This document shows positions 62,482 through 64,000 of a DNA stretch of 64,000 bases, piece after piece (position 1 is the stretch's first letter; every line of letters starts with the position of its first letter). The DNA is taken from positions 2,488,365 through 2,552,364 of the forward strand of contig JAHRHZ010000130.1 of the NCBI GenBank assembly GCA_024137785.1, in the 5' to 3' direction. The position numbers and the translations under genes were made by a program. Origin of the DNA: Ginglymostoma cirratum. Lineage: Eukaryota. Below the pieces are notes generated by a model. The model saw only the letters and a list, made by a program, of their open reading frames with translations. It searched no databases and had not been told where the DNA came from.

Positions 62482-63653
62482 TTATTTGTGAACTTGCTGG
62501 CGTCTCTGCAAGCTGAATGTGAATCTCTTCCCATGATCAGAGCAGGTAAATGGTGTCTTCTCACTATGAACCTACTGGTGTTTCTGCAGGTTGGGGAACT
62601 AGAATCATAGAACCCCTAAAATGCAGAAGCAGGCCATTTGGCCCATCGAGTGGACACCAACTCTCAAAAGAGCGTCCCACCTAGATACGGCATCCTACCC
62701 TGTCCCTGTAACCCTGCATTTCCGATGGCTAATCCATCTAGCCTGCATATCTTTGGACACTACGGGCAATTTAACATGGCCAATCCACCTATTCTGCACA
62801 TCTTTGGACTGTCAGAAGAAACCCACACAGACGGGTGCAAACTCCACACAGATAGTCATCCAAGGGTGGAATCGAACCCAGGTCTCTGGCACTGTGAGGC
62901 TGCAGCGCTAACGACTGAGTGAAACCCTTCCCACATTCGGAACAGGTGAACAGCCACTCCCCGGCGTGAACTCACTGGTACAGTGAGGTGAGATAATCTG
63001 AACCCAGACCTGTACATAGAGCACCTGAAAAGTCTGTTATCAATGTGAACACCTTGATGGCAAATCTGTTCCCCAGAACTTTTGTCTAGATATCTGAAAG
63101 GTCTCTCGACAGTGCTAACTCTACCATTTCAGTAGGCTAGATGACAAAGTGAATCCCTTCCCACACTCTGGGCAGGTAAATGTCCTCTCTCCAGTGTGAC
63201 TGCATTCATGAGTTTCCAACTGAGAGGGAGATATGTATCCCTTCTCATAGTCTTCATATTTCCATGGTTTCTCCCCAGTGTGACTGTAGTTGTGTCTTGA
63301 CAGGCCAGATGATTGACTGAAGCCTCGTCCACACAGAGACCACTTACAGAGTCATACAGCACAGAAACAGACCTCTCTGTCCAGCCATCCATGATGAACA
63401 TAATCCCAAACTAAACTAGTCCCAGCTGCCTGCTCCTGGTCCATATCCCTCCAAAACTTTCCAACTCGTGTACTTATCCAAATGTTTCTTAAATGTTATA
63501 ATTGTACCCACATCCACCACTTCCTCAGGAAGTTCATTCCACATGTGAACCACCCTGTGTAAAACATTTGCCCCTTGTCTCTTTTTTAAATCTCTCTCTC
63601 TCATCTTAAAAATGTGCCGCCTAGTCTCTGTGAAGAATACTTTTACCTTCCAT
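62482..63653 (-). pseudogene. C2H2 (Kruppel-type) zinc-finger gene, disrupted
   Basis: Manual translation: MEGKSILHS [CR1 tail inserted ~63344-63627] [70 protein letters not shown] ... HAGEWLFTCSECGKGFTQS [HE1 SINE ~62600-62917] PNLQKHQ*VHSEKTPFTCSDHGKRF...QVHK*. HTGEKP linkers, in-frame stops and Cys->Tyr changes. Confidence 0.85.
62600..62917 (-). mobile_element. HE1-type SINE inserted into a zinc finger
   Basis: Same family. It separates ...GFTQS from PNLQKHQ. Confidence 0.88.
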
Positions 63654-64000
63654 GTTCACAGTCCAAAGTCATTCAATTTATAACATAAATTAGTAAATTG
63701 CTCAACTCTGTCAGATCGCAATACGATTTTGGATTTCAGAAAAAGAAGGAAACAAATACCAGAGAACCTGAAACATAGAAAATACAAACAAGAGTAGGCC
63801 GTTCTGCTCTTCAAGCCTGTTCTGCCATCCATTATGATCATGGCTGATCATCCCACACAATAGCCTCTTTCCACTTTTCCCTCGATATACTTTAATTCCT
63901 TTAGCTCCAAGTGATATATCAACACCCTCCCTGAAATCCCATAATGTTTTGTCCTTGACTGCTTTCAGTGATAGCAAATTTTACAGACTCACCACACTCT
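63344..64000 (-). mobile_element. CR1 3' tails (~63344-63627 inside the ZNF pseudogene; ~63770-64000)
   Basis: Typical CR1 3' UTR sequence (ORFs 63416..63604 and 63711..63977). Confidence 0.75.

Noticed and set aside
1-64000. CRISPR arrays, rRNA genes, prokaryotic operons
   Set aside because: None seen. The sequence is eukaryotic with spliced genes and vertebrate retroelements.

Overview
Repeat-dense vertebrate DNA, almost certainly from an elasmobranch (shark). It carries HE1-type and SacSINE1/Deu-type SINEs, abundant CR1/HER1-like LINEs, Penelope-like elements and a shark IgM-type VH. Three host-gene signals are present. (1) A germline-joined immunoglobulin heavy-chain VDJ gene on the minus strand (leader exon 6463-6418, fused VDJ exon 6280-5906) has no RSS, and its constant exons are not in the window. 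(2) An intact two-exon GPR139/GPR142-like orphan GPCR has a short exon 1 (23368-23437) missed by the ORF track, about 11 kb upstream of exon 2 (34394-35301). A second, TE-interrupted but frame-open exon-1 cassette with its own TATA box lies at about 17.7-17.8 kb, and the intron holds an old duplication of the upstream region. (3) A C2H2 zinc-finger pseudogene lies at 62482-63653 (minus). The Penelope elements and their ~100-170 bp TSD-flanked derivatives carry minimal hammerhead-ribozyme cores. Gypsy remnants, two fold-back palindromes, microsatellites and a 400-N gap are also present. Most ORFs in the supplied track are TE fragments or noise. Repeat boundaries are by eye and approximate.
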